64,000 nucleotides of DNA from contig NC_086097.1 in the NCBI RefSeq assembly GCF_963921235.1, positions 114,330,001-114,394,000 on the forward strand, written 5' to 3'. Positions within the stretch are counted from its first letter, which is position 1; each line of letters opens with the position of its first letter. This DNA comes from Mobula hypostoma. Lineage: Eukaryota. The notes under the pieces were generated by a model. It worked only from the letters and a program-made list of their open reading frames with translations. It was not told where the DNA came from and searched no databases. The position numbers and the translations under genes were made by a program. This document shows, one piece after another, positions 12,693 through 24,377 of the stretch.

Positions 12693-15600
12693 AATCAGAA
12701 TTGGGTTTATTATCACCGGCATGTGACGTGAAATTTGTTAACTTAGCGGCAGCAGTTCAATGCAATACATAACCTAGCAGAAAGAGAGAGAAAAAATAAT
12801 AAATAAGATAAAACATAATAAATAAGTAAATCAACTATGTATATTTATTGACTTTTAAAAATGTACAAAAACAGAAATACTGTATATTTTTTTAAAAAAG
12901 TGAGGTAGTGTCCAAAGCTTCAATGTCCCTTTAGGAATTGGATGGCAGACGGGAAGAAGCTGTTCCTGAGTCACCCGAGTGAGGCTTCTGTATCTCCTAC
13001 CTGATGGTAACAGTGAGAAAAGGGCATGCCCTGGATGTTGGAGGTCCTTAATAATGGATGCTGCCTTTCTGAGACATCGCTCCCTAAAGATGTCCTGGGT
13101 ACTTTGTAGGCTAGTGCCCAGGATGGAGCAGACTAGATTTACAACCTTCTGCAGCTTCTTTCGGTCCTGTGCAGTAGCCCCTCCATACCAGACAGTGATG
13201 TAGCCTGTCAGAATGCTCTCCATGGTACAACTATAGAAGCTGAGTGTATTTGTTGACATGCCAAATCTCTTCAAACTCCTAATAAACTATAGCCACTGTT
13301 CTGCCGCCTTTATGACTACATTGATATGTTGGGCACACACAAAATAATCTGCAGATGCTGGTGTCAAAGCAACACTCACAACACGCTGGAGGAACTCAGC
13401 AGGTCGGGCAGCATCCGTGGAAAAGATTGGTCGACGTTTTGGGCCAGAACCCTTCGTCAGGACTGTAGAGGAGAAGGCTGGTAGGTTCCAGGTGAAAACC
13501 AGTAAGGGGAAAGATAAAGGGGTGGGGGAGGGGAGGCAGGGAGGTGATAGGCCGGAAAGGTGAAGAAAGAATAGGGGAAAATACAATGGGTAGTAGATGA
13601 AGGCGGAACCAAGAGGGAGGTGGTAGGCAGCTGTGGGGGGGGGGGGGGTTGGTGTGGAGTGACATAGGGATAGGGGAAGGGAGGGGGAGGGAATTACTGG
13701 AAGTTGGAGAATTCTGTGTTCATACCAAGGGGCTGGAGACTACCTAGACGGTATATGAGGTGTTGCTCCTCCAACCTGAGTTTAGCCTCATCATGGCAGT
13801 AGAAGAGGCCATGTATGGACATAACTGAATGAGTGGGAAGCAGAGTTGAAGTAGGTGGCTACTGGGAGATCCTGTTTTGGTGGATGGAGCGGAGGTGCTC
13901 GACGAAGCGGTCCCCCAATCTGCGTCGGGTTTCACTGATGTAGAGGAGGCCACACCGGGAGCACCGGATGCAATAGATGACCCCAACAGACTCGCAAGTG
14001 AAGTGTTGCCTCACTTGGAAGGACTGTTTGGGGCCCTGAATGGTGGCAAGAGAGGAGGTGTGGGGACAGGTGTAGCACTTGCGCTTACAGGGATAAGTGC
14101 CAGGTGGGAGATCCCTGGGGAGGGACCGATCCCTGCGGAAGGGGGAGAGGGGTGGAGAGGGAAAGACGTGCTTAGTGGTGGGGTCCTGTTGAAGGTGGCG
14201 GAAGTTGCGGAGGATAATGTGTTGGATCCGGAGGCTAGTGGGGTGGTAGGTGAGGACAAGGGGAACTCTGTCCCTGTTGTGGTGACAGGAGGATGGGGTG
14301 AAGGCCGAAGTGCGGGAAATGGAGGAGATGCGGGTGAGGGCATCATTGATGACAGCAGAAGGGAAACCATGATCCTTAAAGAAAGAGGACATTTGAGATG
14401 TCCTGGAACGGAAAACCTCATCCTTGGAGCAGATGCGGTGGAGACGGAGGAACTGGGAATAGGGAATGGCATTTTTGCATGTGGCGGGTTGGGAAGAGGT
14501 ATAGTTGAGGTAGTTATGAGAGTCAGTGGGCTTGTAGAAGATGTCAGTGGACAGTCTGTCTCCAGAGATGGAGACCCAGAGATCAAGAAAGGGGAGAGAA
14601 GTGTCTGAGATAGACCAAGTGAATTTGAGGGCTGGGTGGAAGTTTGAAGTAAAGTCGATGAAATTGACGAGCTCAGCATGGGTGCAGGAAGCAGCACCAA
14701 TGTAGTTGTCAATGTACCGAAGGAAAAGTTGGGGAGCAGTACCAGAATAGGTTTGGAGCACAGACTGTTCCACATAACCAACGAAGAGGCAGGCATAGCA
14801 AGGGCCCATGCGAGTTCCCATAGCTACACCCTTGGTCTGAAGAAAGTGGGAAGAGCCAAAAAAGAAGTTATTGATTGTGAGAACCAGTTCCACCAACCGG
14901 AGGAGGGTAGTAGTGGTGGGGAACTGGTGAGGTCTATTATCCAGACAGTAGCGGAGGGCTTTGAGGCCTTCATGGGGAATGGAGGTGTATAGGGATTGGA
15001 CATCCATAGTGAAAATGAAGCGGTTGGGACCGGGGAACTGGAAGTTATTGAAGAGGTGGAGGGCATGGGATGTATCCCGGATGTAGGTGGGGAGAGACTG
15101 AACTATGGGTGACAAAATGGAGTCCAGGTAGGCAGATGCAAGTTCAGTGGGACAGGAGCGGGCAAAAACTATGCGTCTGCCGGAACAGTCAGGCTTGTGG
15201 ATCTTGGGGAGGAGGTAAAACCGAGCGGTACGCAGTGTGGGAATTATGAGTTTAGCGGCTGAGGATGGAAGGTCTCCGGAGTTGATAAGGGCAGTGATGG
15301 TACGGGAGACAATGGTTTGATGTTTTTTGGTGGGGTCCTGTTCCAGGGATAAGTAAGAGGAACTGTCAGGAGCTGCTGTTTGGCCTCAGTGAGGTAGAGG
15401 TCCATCCGCCAGACTACTACAGCACCACCTTTGTCAGCGGGTTTGATGGTGAGGTTGGGATTAGGTCGGAGAGAGTGGAGGGCAGTGCGTTCAGAGGGAG
15501 TGAGGTTGGAACAGGAGAGAGGAGTGGTGAAGTTGAGATGGTTGATGTCTCGGTGACAGTGGGAGATAAAAAGATCAAGTGCAGGTAGAAGGCCAGGGCG

Positions 15601-15905
15601 TGGTGTCCAGGAGGAGGAGGAGGGTTGAAGACAGGAGAAAGGGTCCTCAGTAGGGGGAGGGGAATCCTTTCCGAAGAAGTAGGCTTGGAGACGTGTTATG
15701 TTGGGGCCAGGTTAGATCCTCAGATCTTGACACCAAGGAACTTGAAGCTGCTCACTCTCTCCACTTCTGATCCCTCTATGAGAGTTGGTACATGCTCCTT
15801 CATCTTACCCTTCCTGAAGTCCGCAATCAGCTCTTTTGTCTTACTGACGTTGAGTGCCAGGTTGTTGCTGTGGCACCATTCCACTATTTGGCGTATTGAT
15901 TTCTT
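12693..15905 (-). mobile_element. Rex1/Babar-like LINE 3' part (12693-13333 and 15697-15905), split by a Penelope insertion
   Basis: ORF 12855-13274 (KRFGMS...ESILTG...HPGHALFSLLPSGRRYRSL). Same family as 33440-35126. Tail AAACCCAATTCTGATTC. Confidence 0.88.
13334..15696 (-). mobile_element. Penelope-like element (RT + GIY-YIG endonuclease), 5'-truncated, with a hammerhead-like motif in its terminal repeat
   Basis: 418-aa ORF 13859-15115 with TMDVQSLYTSIPH, GVAMGTRMGP, RYIDN (YIDD mutated) and VIYCIRCSRCGLLYISET (GIY-YIG). 9-bp direct repeat TATGTTGGG at 13325-13333 / 15697-15705. Confidence 0.93.
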
Positions 15906-16431
15906 ATACAGTGGTTAGTATATACTTAAAGCACATTTTCATTCAGAGTGTTGTTGCACTCAAATCAGTGACATTTGTGTAGAGAGCAAACTGTTTACAT
16001 TTTCTGAAAATGGCTGGGTACATTATGTGTTTTCACTGATAAAGCAGAATATATTTAAACTGCACGAATGAAGAACATTTAATTTTAAGTAAAGTCGAAT
16101 GGCAATGTTTCTTTAATTCCTTTTAGCACTGCTGCAGTGCAGAGTCAATGTTTTGCAACATGAGTGAAGGTCGTTTAGCCTGTCCTGTGCATTCTGGAGT
16201 CTCAGGACTGGATCTTTGGTCCCATTCTCCTGTACCTTATTTGCATTTATACTGAAAAGCAGTTCAATTCTCTGATTTGGAACCTGTTAATTGCCCTAAT
16301 AAGTTTTCAGTATTTTTTTAAAAAATAATAATAATTTCTCCTATCCTTGCTGTCTGTGTTTATGGTGCTCCTTAAGCTAGTTTTGTCTAGTTGACATCTA
16401 ACTAATTGGTGAAAGTTGTTGTATTGGCTTG

Positions 16432-16665
16432 GTTTATTTATTTGAGATGCAGTGTGGAATAGGCCCTTCAAGCCACGTTGCTCAGCCCAGCAACCCACCT
16501 AATTAGCCCTGTCCCAATTATAGGACAGTTTACAGTAACCAATTAACCTACCAACTGGTAAGTCTTTGGACCGTGGGAGGTAACCAGAGCAACTGGAGGA
16601 AATACACGCAGTCACAGGAGGAACATACAAATTCCTTATAGGGAGCGGTGGGAATTGAACCTGGG
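16432..16665 (-). mobile_element. V-SINE (tRNA-derived) fragment
   Basis: Reverse complement of the central domain TTTGTATGTTCCTCCTGTGACTGCGTGTATTTCCTCCAGTTGCTC. Homologous to 62050-62343. Confidence 0.75.
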
Positions 16666-16962
16666 AAAGGGGTGTTGATGTATTAATTGTTTTACTGTGT
16701 TAATTGCACCATTGATATCAAAATCTTTCACTTCTGTCAATTAGGTGTTTTGTGCACTGCTTTCTAATTTGTCAATGCTAGTCATATGTATTTTATCTAT
16801 ATTGGATTTCCCTGTAAATTCATTCATCTTAATTACTAAACTGTGCTCCTGTAAGGTTTCTTACTGTGCTTCCTATAGTTAATTAAATTGACTTCCAAAT
16901 TTAAGTTATCGGGTTAAAATCCATTTTTTAAATAGTTGCTTATTTCATTTCTCTCCTAACAG

Positions 16963-16992
16963 GATGACAGAGGTGCTTTTGTAAAGCCAAAG
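16963..16992 (+). CDS. CYB5A: CYB5A 30-nt exon
   Basis: Pyrimidine tract ...CCTAACAG|GATGACAGAGGTGCTTTTGTAAAGCCAAAG|GTAAAG. Encodes DDRGAFVKPK (compare human DDRPKLNKPP). Phase 0/0. Confidence 0.92.
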
Positions 16993-17464
16993 GTAAAGTT
17001 TCTTTCTTCCTTCTTTGGAAAAGATATCAGAAATGCAGTAGGTAATTTTGAAATATCAGAAATGAGCCAGTATAGTATAATGGATGTAATGAGGACTGGG
17101 GAAGTTCGGCTATGATCAGATTAATCATAGATAGGGTGGATTTAAGAAGCCAAGTGCTTTTTTTTCCCCCCTGCTGTTTTATTCCTTTACCACTTGGTTT
17201 TAAATAACGGAAGCTGTCTAAATAGGTTCCCTCATTTTTGATTATTGTCTGTGGTCACCTTTGATCTGTTGAACATTAGATCAAAGTTGTGCACACAAAA
17301 AACATGATCCGCACGCTCTTTGTTCTCCCATTTTACTTGATGCCAATCCCTTGTTACATGCAGGGTCTGAGGGGAAATTTAATGTACTACTGCGATATAC
17401 AATCACTATTATAACAATGGTCTCTCATTGCTACAGCACAGCATTGCTTTTATAGTTTTTGAAT

Positions 17465-17732
17465 TTTATTCAGAAATGCATTGCAGGACAGGCTGGGCCC
17501 AACAAGCTACACCACCCAGCAATCCGCCTGACTAACACGAGCCTAGTCACAGGACCATTTGCTATAACCAATTAACCTAATAGGCAGTACATCTCTGGAT
17601 TGTGTGGGAGGAAACTGGAGCACCCGGAGGAAACCCAAGCAGTCAAAGGGAGAATGTACAAACTCCTTATAGACAGTGCTGGAATTGAACTCTGGAATAC
17701 CCTGAGCTGTAATAGCACCATGCTACTGTGTC
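17465..17732 (-). mobile_element. V-SINE copy
   Basis: GGGAGGAAACTGGAGCACCCGGAGGAAACCC...GTACAAACTCC core, shared with the other SINE copies. Confidence 0.78.
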
Positions 17733-18318
17733 ACAGTTCAAAGCATTCATAGGGGCAGGAGAATAGAAGGTGGTTTCAAGTGGAGAAGTGTCTTGTGTAT
17801 GAACCAGAGAAAGCACATCTATTTTTGGTTTACAGTTGTGATTGGAGTTTATTTCCCATCCTGTGTTATCTAGAGAAAGGGCAGTGGGACTGCTGACTAT
17901 TGACTTGCTGTGTAACAGTTTAATACTTAAACAAGTGGTGTCTTTGCCTACTTAGAGACCGAAAATCAGACTGGTAACTTGGGACAGCCTGGATAATGAT
18001 AGGAGATCCACTTTACTAGGAAATGCTTGGCATGTGCCAATGAAGTTTGAAGATTTCTTTTACAAGTTTATATACAAGTTATACTGGAATCTTATTCGTA
18101 GCGAGATTGAACTTAAACTAATTTTCTAGAGTATTTTTCTGTTACTTAAGTAATTAAAATGCTATGCTATAAATCAAAATTGGCACAACGATGTGGGGGT
18201 TGGAGGGAGGGTAGAAAAGTGAATGCAATAATAAGCTCTCCACACTATGCTGTTTTTTTTCCCAAATTGGGTGGAGCACCTAACATTAACGAACCTTGTC
18301 CCTTTCCCTCTTTTACAG

Positions 18319-18353
18319 GAGCCACTTGTTATTGTAGAGTCAAGTGAACCAAG
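18319..18353 (+). CDS. CYB5A: CYB5A 35-nt exon (linker)
   Basis: CCCTCTTTTACAG|GAGCCA...CCAAG|GTATTT. Encodes EPLVIVESSEP(S). Length 35 nt and end phase 2 match the CYB5A exon structure. Confidence 0.92.
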
Positions 18354-18885
18354 GTATTTCTTTTCTCCATTAGTAGTTCTTAAATGATCAAAATTTTTCT
18401 GCAAAAAATCAAAATGGTACATTGAATCATCCATAATAAACCAAGCTTGAGGTGCCGAGTTCATCAATGTTTGTTGCTTCAATTTCTGATTTGTGCTATT
18501 TCATGTCTGTAAATAAAGACTTTATTTTTCTTAGGTTGCAGTTTCACCAATATTGTCCTCCAACCCATGAATTTTAAATTTTAAAATCTATCTTTCAATT
18601 TCATTCAGTTCACTTCATTTTATGGTGAACTCTAGGTTTGTTTGCACCTATGCAGCATTTGCATTGCTAACCCCTTCCACCTCTTGTTCTCTAAATTTTA
18701 ATGTTTGAGAGAAGCAAGCAATGTATCTCACTGTGGGAGCATAATAAATGTATTCAAATTTGATGTTGCATTTGCTTGTGAATAGGGGGGTAATGGCTTT
18801 TTACTTACAGTAGGGAAAAACCCACAAACACTCAAGTTTTAAGATCTTTTAGCCCTTTCATTAATTATCTTTTCTTTTATTGCAG

Positions 18886-18967
18886 TTGGTGGTCCGGTTG
18901 GATAGTCCCAGCGTTAGCAGGTGTGACTGTGGCTCTCTTGTATCGCATTTTTATTGCAGATCACTGA
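18886..18967 (+). CDS. CYB5A: CYB5A terminal coding exon (tail-anchor transmembrane helix)
   Basis: TTTTATTGCAG|T TGG TGG...CAC TGA. Encodes (S)WWSGWIVPALAGVTVALLYRIFIADH*, like CYB5A [26 protein letters not shown] and lacking the basic CYB5B tail. Confidence 0.95.
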
Positions 18968-19042
18968 ATGCAGCACACAGAAGAAATTGGCACTACTTTG
19001 CATTGACGGAAATCCATTACGAATCATTTCTAAAGATAGAAA

Positions 19043-19176
19043 ACAACAGGAATTCTGCAGGTGCTGGAAATTCAAGCAACACACATCAAAGTTGCTGGTG
19101 AACGCAGCAGGCCAGGCAGCATCTCTAGGAAGAGGTACAGTCGACTGTACCTCTTCCTAGAGATGCTGCCTGGCCT
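19043..19176. mobile_element. Penelope-derived fold-back mini-element containing a perfect 68-bp palindrome
   Basis: Begins AACAACAGGAATTCTGCAG. Palindrome at 19109-19176. Direct repeat CTAAAGATAGAAA at 19030-19042 / 19175-19187. Confidence 0.88.
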
Positions 19177-19839
19177 AAAGATAGAAATTACTTCCATGGA
19201 AGGAATTTTGGAGCTCAAAAAATAATTGCAAGCCCATACTTATGCATAAAATGCATATCGTGCCAATATTGATTCGTGCTATTTCTGTTTTGGCATCAAA
19301 TCTGTTGATGGTATCTCTCAATGCTATTTTGTTAGCACCCCTGGATGATGTTTGGTTTCCTGAAATTGGTTAATGAGGGAACCAACATTTTAAGAATTTC
19401 TTGAGAAATTGGTTTGCAGTATAGCAAGTACCAGCCTTGAGTATGTGGTGGGGAGATTAATAGAATTTCAGTTGGGGTAATAATGGTGCTGACTTTGTCT
19501 GTGATTGAAGTCACCAGAGAGACACTGACATTGGTGATATAAAGTCTTTATTCATCACAATAAGCAGTCATTCTGTTGGAGACACTTGTGGTAGCGTCTC
19601 AAACCCACTTTTTTTTAATACCCTTAAAATCCATGCAGGTGATTCAATAAAAATTTCAATATTTACAATTACATGTTTACTTCAATATTTTGGGTTGGCA
19701 ATGCTTCCTTTGATTTACATATCTATATAGTTGGAGATGCCTCTGTATATTCAAACACTTGTCACAAAATAATTTGCACAAATAGTCTAAAACTTTCTGG
19801 GGAACAGGAATTCCAGACATCCAAAATTAGTGTTCCAAG

Positions 19840-20078
19840 GAACACACACAAAATGCTGAAGGGGCCCAGCAGGCCAGGCAGCATCTGTGGAGGTGGGGGG
19901 GTGGGGGAGTACAATTGACGTTTCGGGCCAATACCCTTTGGCAGGACACTGAGTCCTACTGAAACATGTTGGGCCAAAACATCACTGTACTTTTTTCCAT
20001 ACATGCTCCCTGGCCTGCAGTGTTCCTTTAGCATTTTTTGTGTTGCTTGGATTTCCAGCATCTGCAGATCGTCTTGTT
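19840..20078. mobile_element. Older Penelope-derived inverted pair with decayed hammerhead motifs
   Basis: ...GACGTTTCGGGCC...CCCTTTGGCAGGAC followed by an inverted copy GGGCCAAAACATCACTG...CCAGCATCTGCAG. Confidence 0.7.
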
Positions 20079-21063
20079 TATTAATGTTCCAAGGCCTTTC
20101 TCTGAGTACCCCCCCCCGCAAAAAAAAATCTGTGGATTGACTATACCTGTGAACATGTTTGATATGCTATGTGACAATGTCAGTCTGATTTACCAGTTTA
20201 AACTTGAATCACAATGTTACAAATAACTTGGTCCATGTTGCCTGGTTTGATGCAACTCGATTGTATTACTGCTTGACTGATGCATATGCAAACATCTCAT
20301 GGTCTCCATTTTGCAAACCATGGGCCAACCTGTGCTCCAGACAGTGCAAAGGCATTTTTTTTTAAACTTCAATTTGCTGCATGCAATTTACAATCCATAT
20401 TAAGTACTGAAGACTGATCTTGTGTTTGAAGTATTATCTGCTACATTCACATAACCCTGGAATACAGGTACTCCATAACATTGACAATTGTCCACTTAGT
20501 CCCATTACTCAAGCTAATCTTCACCTGGAAGCCTACTCCAGGATCACTGCTTGGAACCCATAATGTTCTTTTATGGATAAATCACTTGAGAATACATGAG
20601 AAGTCCTGGCAGTTTGCCCTGAAGATGCTGATAAAACCCAAGGAACAGGTTTGCACTCAAAATTTTATTTATTATTAGGACCACAATATAGACAATTTTT
20701 TTTTCCTGTGCAGCCAATATTTGATCTAATGAACTTGTCTGGCTAGACTATGCCATTGTTTATTCTCTGCAAATGGCTACCATTTGCTGGTGCCTTTCCC
20801 GTCCAGAATCATAATCCTAAATTCTTCCCCCTTTCATAAATTTTCCTTGCATTTACAAAATTCCACGCGGCCAATAGTCCCAGATTTCTGTCCTTTTATC
20901 TCCTAATAATGCTACCAAGCATATTTCACACATTTGGTTTATAACCTGTACCTTGCCAATTGACTACTTTTGACACTACAACTTCTATTGAAAAAGCATT
21001 GAAAACAATATAGCTTGCTCTGTGCCTTTGGGAGGGAGTGCCAAGTGAATTTTGAATTATTCC

Positions 21064-21180
21064 AAACAACAGGAATTCTGCAGATGCTGACGAAGGGTCT
21101 CGGCCTGAAACGTCGACTGTACCTCTTCCTAGAGATGCTGCCTGGCCTGCTGCGTTCACCAGCAACTTTGATGTGTGTTG
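21064..21180. mobile_element. Penelope-derived mini-element with hammerhead core on the + strand
   Basis: CTGACGA-AGGGTCTCGGCCT-GAAACGTC at 21087-21114. 13-bp TSD TTTGAATTATTCC at 21051-21063 / 21181-21193. Confidence 0.88.
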
Positions 21181-22789
21181 TTTGAATTATTCCGTTTTAG
21201 TTTTGAACTCTGACCACTTAACGTTTGCCAAACTCTCCAAGCCTATGTTTTATGTGGTTTGTACACAGTAATGATGCTTGGTGTTGACTACTGCACTGTG
21301 TTCTTGTTTAATTTACCTGAATAATGTACGTCTATGGGAATGCAGAATAATAAATGCTTAGATTTTTCTGTCTGCATTTGTGTAGCTGGGTATCTTTTAT
21401 AGTTGTGTTGAATGGCCTGTTCAGAATTGCATTGAATTGCTTCAGCTATTCTAACTGAGCCATGTTTTGTATACTCTGTTCAACTTCACTGTCTTCCCAA
21501 AATGCCCCACAATCATGTCATTTTTCCACAGGACATCTAGTCTCCCCTACGACTGCTGTGATCATTCCTTGTGGTTGCACGTCCACATTCAAGTCAATAA
21601 ATCCTTCAGTTAAAATTGCACTTAACTAAAAATGTGCACCTTAGTGGCTTTGCCAAAGGGTTCTTCAGCGTACAAAGAATTTTATAGCCTCCTGGTTCAC
21701 TACAGTTCAGAAATGCTACTTCCACCAGTAAGGTTTTTACATTAAGGAAATGAGTATACCCAAATGTTCAACTTATCAAAAGGGCATTGATGCAATGATG
21801 TGTATGTGGGTTATTGTATTGATTTAGTATGAGATGTGTGGAAAATGTTCTGTTGATATTTTAACCCTGTGGCTAAATGTGGGGGAAAAATTAGCAAGTT
21901 CTGACTTTATTATTGTGATGGATGGTTTTGAGTTTGTTCTGAATATGATATGGGAAAAATAGCATCTGATATGGCATTTGTTTTTTTTAATTAGTGAAAA
22001 ATGGTTTTAAAATCCTGTGTACATTGGTGGAAGATGGGTTGGAAAGGGAAATGGCCAATGGGAAGCCTTGCATGATTATACCCAACTAAGTGTTTCAAAT
22101 TTGCTTTGAACCTTTTAAGAGCCATCAAGGTAACTTGGATGAGGTTTGGCTGATTAATTATGTATTGATTATCATAACTTGATTATTATACTTGTTCCTG
22201 TTGGAAAGTTTTTCTGGATGAATTACTGCTGAAATTCTTCAACTTTTCTCAATGTGCTTTGCAAAGTAATGCCATTTTTAACTAATGTCTGTTGGTTTGT
22301 GTGTTTTGTAGCCTATTTGCTGAAGGTAATTTTCCGTTAACCTTGTGACAGAATAATGTACTGATGAAGTGTAAATAAATGCTGTATTAAAACTTGCAGT
22401 GCTCCCTTATTCTAACTTTCAGAAATAGAATGTGAAGTTTGAATTGTGTGCCTTTAAACTATTCAGATTGTACTTTGTTTCTCAAATTTCCACTTAAACC
22501 TGCAAAGCATTAGCAGCATATTATATGGGCAGTCTGAAGCTCCTTCTCTTGTAACTACACCTGTGTTGGATTTATTTTTAAAAATCTCAGGCTATTTGGC
22601 TCATGAAATTGGTCAGCTGGCAGTTGAAGAAAGAGGTGGTGTTTTCAGGTCAAAAATTCTTCAGAGCTGGAGGGAAAACAAGTTGGGTCTAAAATGTAGG
22701 GAAGGCAGATTAACCAAGAGAAATATCCCTGATTTGTGAGGGGGTGGGGTGGGTATGTGTGGAGGATGGAGATTAGCTGGCAGTTCGTT

Positions 22790-23470
22790 TTCTTTAAACA
22801 CTACAGAAGTTGCTGATAAACATGCCATGCATTGGAAGGCTGTGGCAGACAGCATCTCCTCAGCCATTAACAACAGTAGGCACCTCTGCCAATTCAGAAA
22901 GCCCATAGCCTTTGTCTAAACTGGAACCCAACCACAGCCTCGGCCCAGATCACCAGCAAGCTTACTCACCATAGCATCTGACTGACAACTAAAAGTTGAC
23001 CTTGGCAAACAATTACAGATCCCTTGACTTCATCACATCATCATCCCTGAATGACGTGGTCATTCTGTCAAAAACCATGAAACAGATGGTCATGATGGAA
23101 CTGACAATTCCTTGGAAAGACCAGATTGAGGAGGTGTTTGGATGTAGGAAAGCCAAATACCAAGAGCTGGTAGAGCACTGCCAGAGACTGGGGTGGAGAG
23201 CATGATGCAAGTCTATAGATGTGGGGTGTGGAGGTTTTGCTGGCTGCTCGCTCTGCAGAACTTGCTCTCTCCTTGACATTACGGGGGCTGCAAAGAAAAG
23301 AGCCATCAGGACTGTCAGAGACTGCTGAGCGAGCCTCCAGATAGCTGTGGATCAAGAGGTGTGATTGTGTCCCTGTGCTACTGGGGAAAAGCTGGGCTTG
23401 ATCTCACTCAGATGACCTAGCCAGGTTTGAGTGTCTGGAAGACCTGAAATCCCTGATGACCCCAGGTTCC
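22790..23470 (+). mobile_element. Non-LTR retrotransposon 3' fragment with restriction-like endonuclease (HERO/NeSL-like)
   Basis: DVVILSKTMKQMVMMELTIPWKDQIEEVFGCRKAKYQELVEHCQRLGWR matches the PD...ELT.PW...K..KY RLE motif, followed by a decayed VGCRGF-like motif. Confidence 0.75.
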
Positions 23471-23696
23471 ATCACTGTGTCCCAGTGCAGCCTAGGATGT
23501 ATGACGAGGGCAACATAACACTGGAGTGATGTGAGCACAGACCAGGTATTTGAGTTGCGGGGCCCATCGTTCTGCCCAGACAACATAAGTCAGTTCTTGA
23601 CTATTGATGAAGGCCCCATTGTGAAAGGATGTGCTCTCATTGGAGAATGTCCAGAGGAATTTCTAGCTATAGCTTAAAGTTGTTTTATAAAGAGTA

Positions 23697-23897
23697 AACA
23701 ACAGGAATTCTGCAGATGCTGGAAATTCAAGCAACACACATAAAAGTTACTGGTGAACGCAGCAGGCCAGGCAGCATCTCTAGGAAGAGGTGCAGTCAAC
23801 GTTTCAGGCCGAGACCCTTCATCAGGACTAACTGATAATCTAACTGACTGGGTTAGTCCTGACGAAGGGTCTCGGCCTTAAATGTCGACTGCACCTC
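23697..23897. mobile_element. Penelope-derived fold-back element with two inverted hammerhead motifs
   Basis: Inverted arms at ~23785-23832 and ~23852-23899. 13-bp TSD TTTATAAAGAGTA at 23684-23696 / 23898-23910. Confidence 0.9.
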
Positions 23898-24377
23898 TTT
23901 ATAAAGAGTATTTGCTTTAAAATTTTGTTAAGGTAGAATAACTTTAAAGGCCACATTTTATATCTGGGAAAACAGTTTTTAGTTTCTCTTCGGGTCTCTT
24001 TGACAACTTGAAAGAAAATGCATTGCTTTCTGTAAGCTATACAGTGATAATACTAGCTTGTTTGAATGGTGTGGGCAGTCCTCTATTAAATGTGATTGAG
24101 GAAAATATTGTCTAGGATGAAGCTCCTCTAAAGTTGCCAATATCTCATTGGTAAGACTCAATCTCTGAAAATACATGTTAGAGTGAGTTTTTTTTTGGGT
24201 AGATGATTTGTTTACACTTAAGTGACTTTGGCCACCAGACTTCTATTTGACAATGCGCTTCCTAAAAAGCGCATCTGTGAATACCAGATGCTTCTGGCAC
24301 CATAGTTTGACCAGATGCTGTAGTTTCAAAGACAGTATCTATACATTATAAATATTAATTGTCTTCTATGTTAGCAC

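Larger units (their letters stand above)
18968..22400 (+). other. CYB5A: Probable CYB5A 3'UTR with several candidate polyadenylation signals
   Basis: AATAAA at 19646, 21349, 21596 and 22374, plus ATTAAA at 22386. AT/GT-rich unique sequence. The true end cannot be determined from DNA alone. Confidence 0.5.

Noticed and set aside
13877..14992. Long + strand ORFs (243 aa, 104 aa) and the alternative-frame 261-aa minus ORF
   Set aside because: Antisense or shifted-frame shadows of the GC-rich Penelope ORF, with no independent motifs.
17954..17971. Possible 18-nt micro-exon (AG|AGACCGAAAATCAGACTG|GTAACT) as the soluble-isoform exon
   Set aside because: Weak acceptor, no stop codon and no homology support; likely chance.
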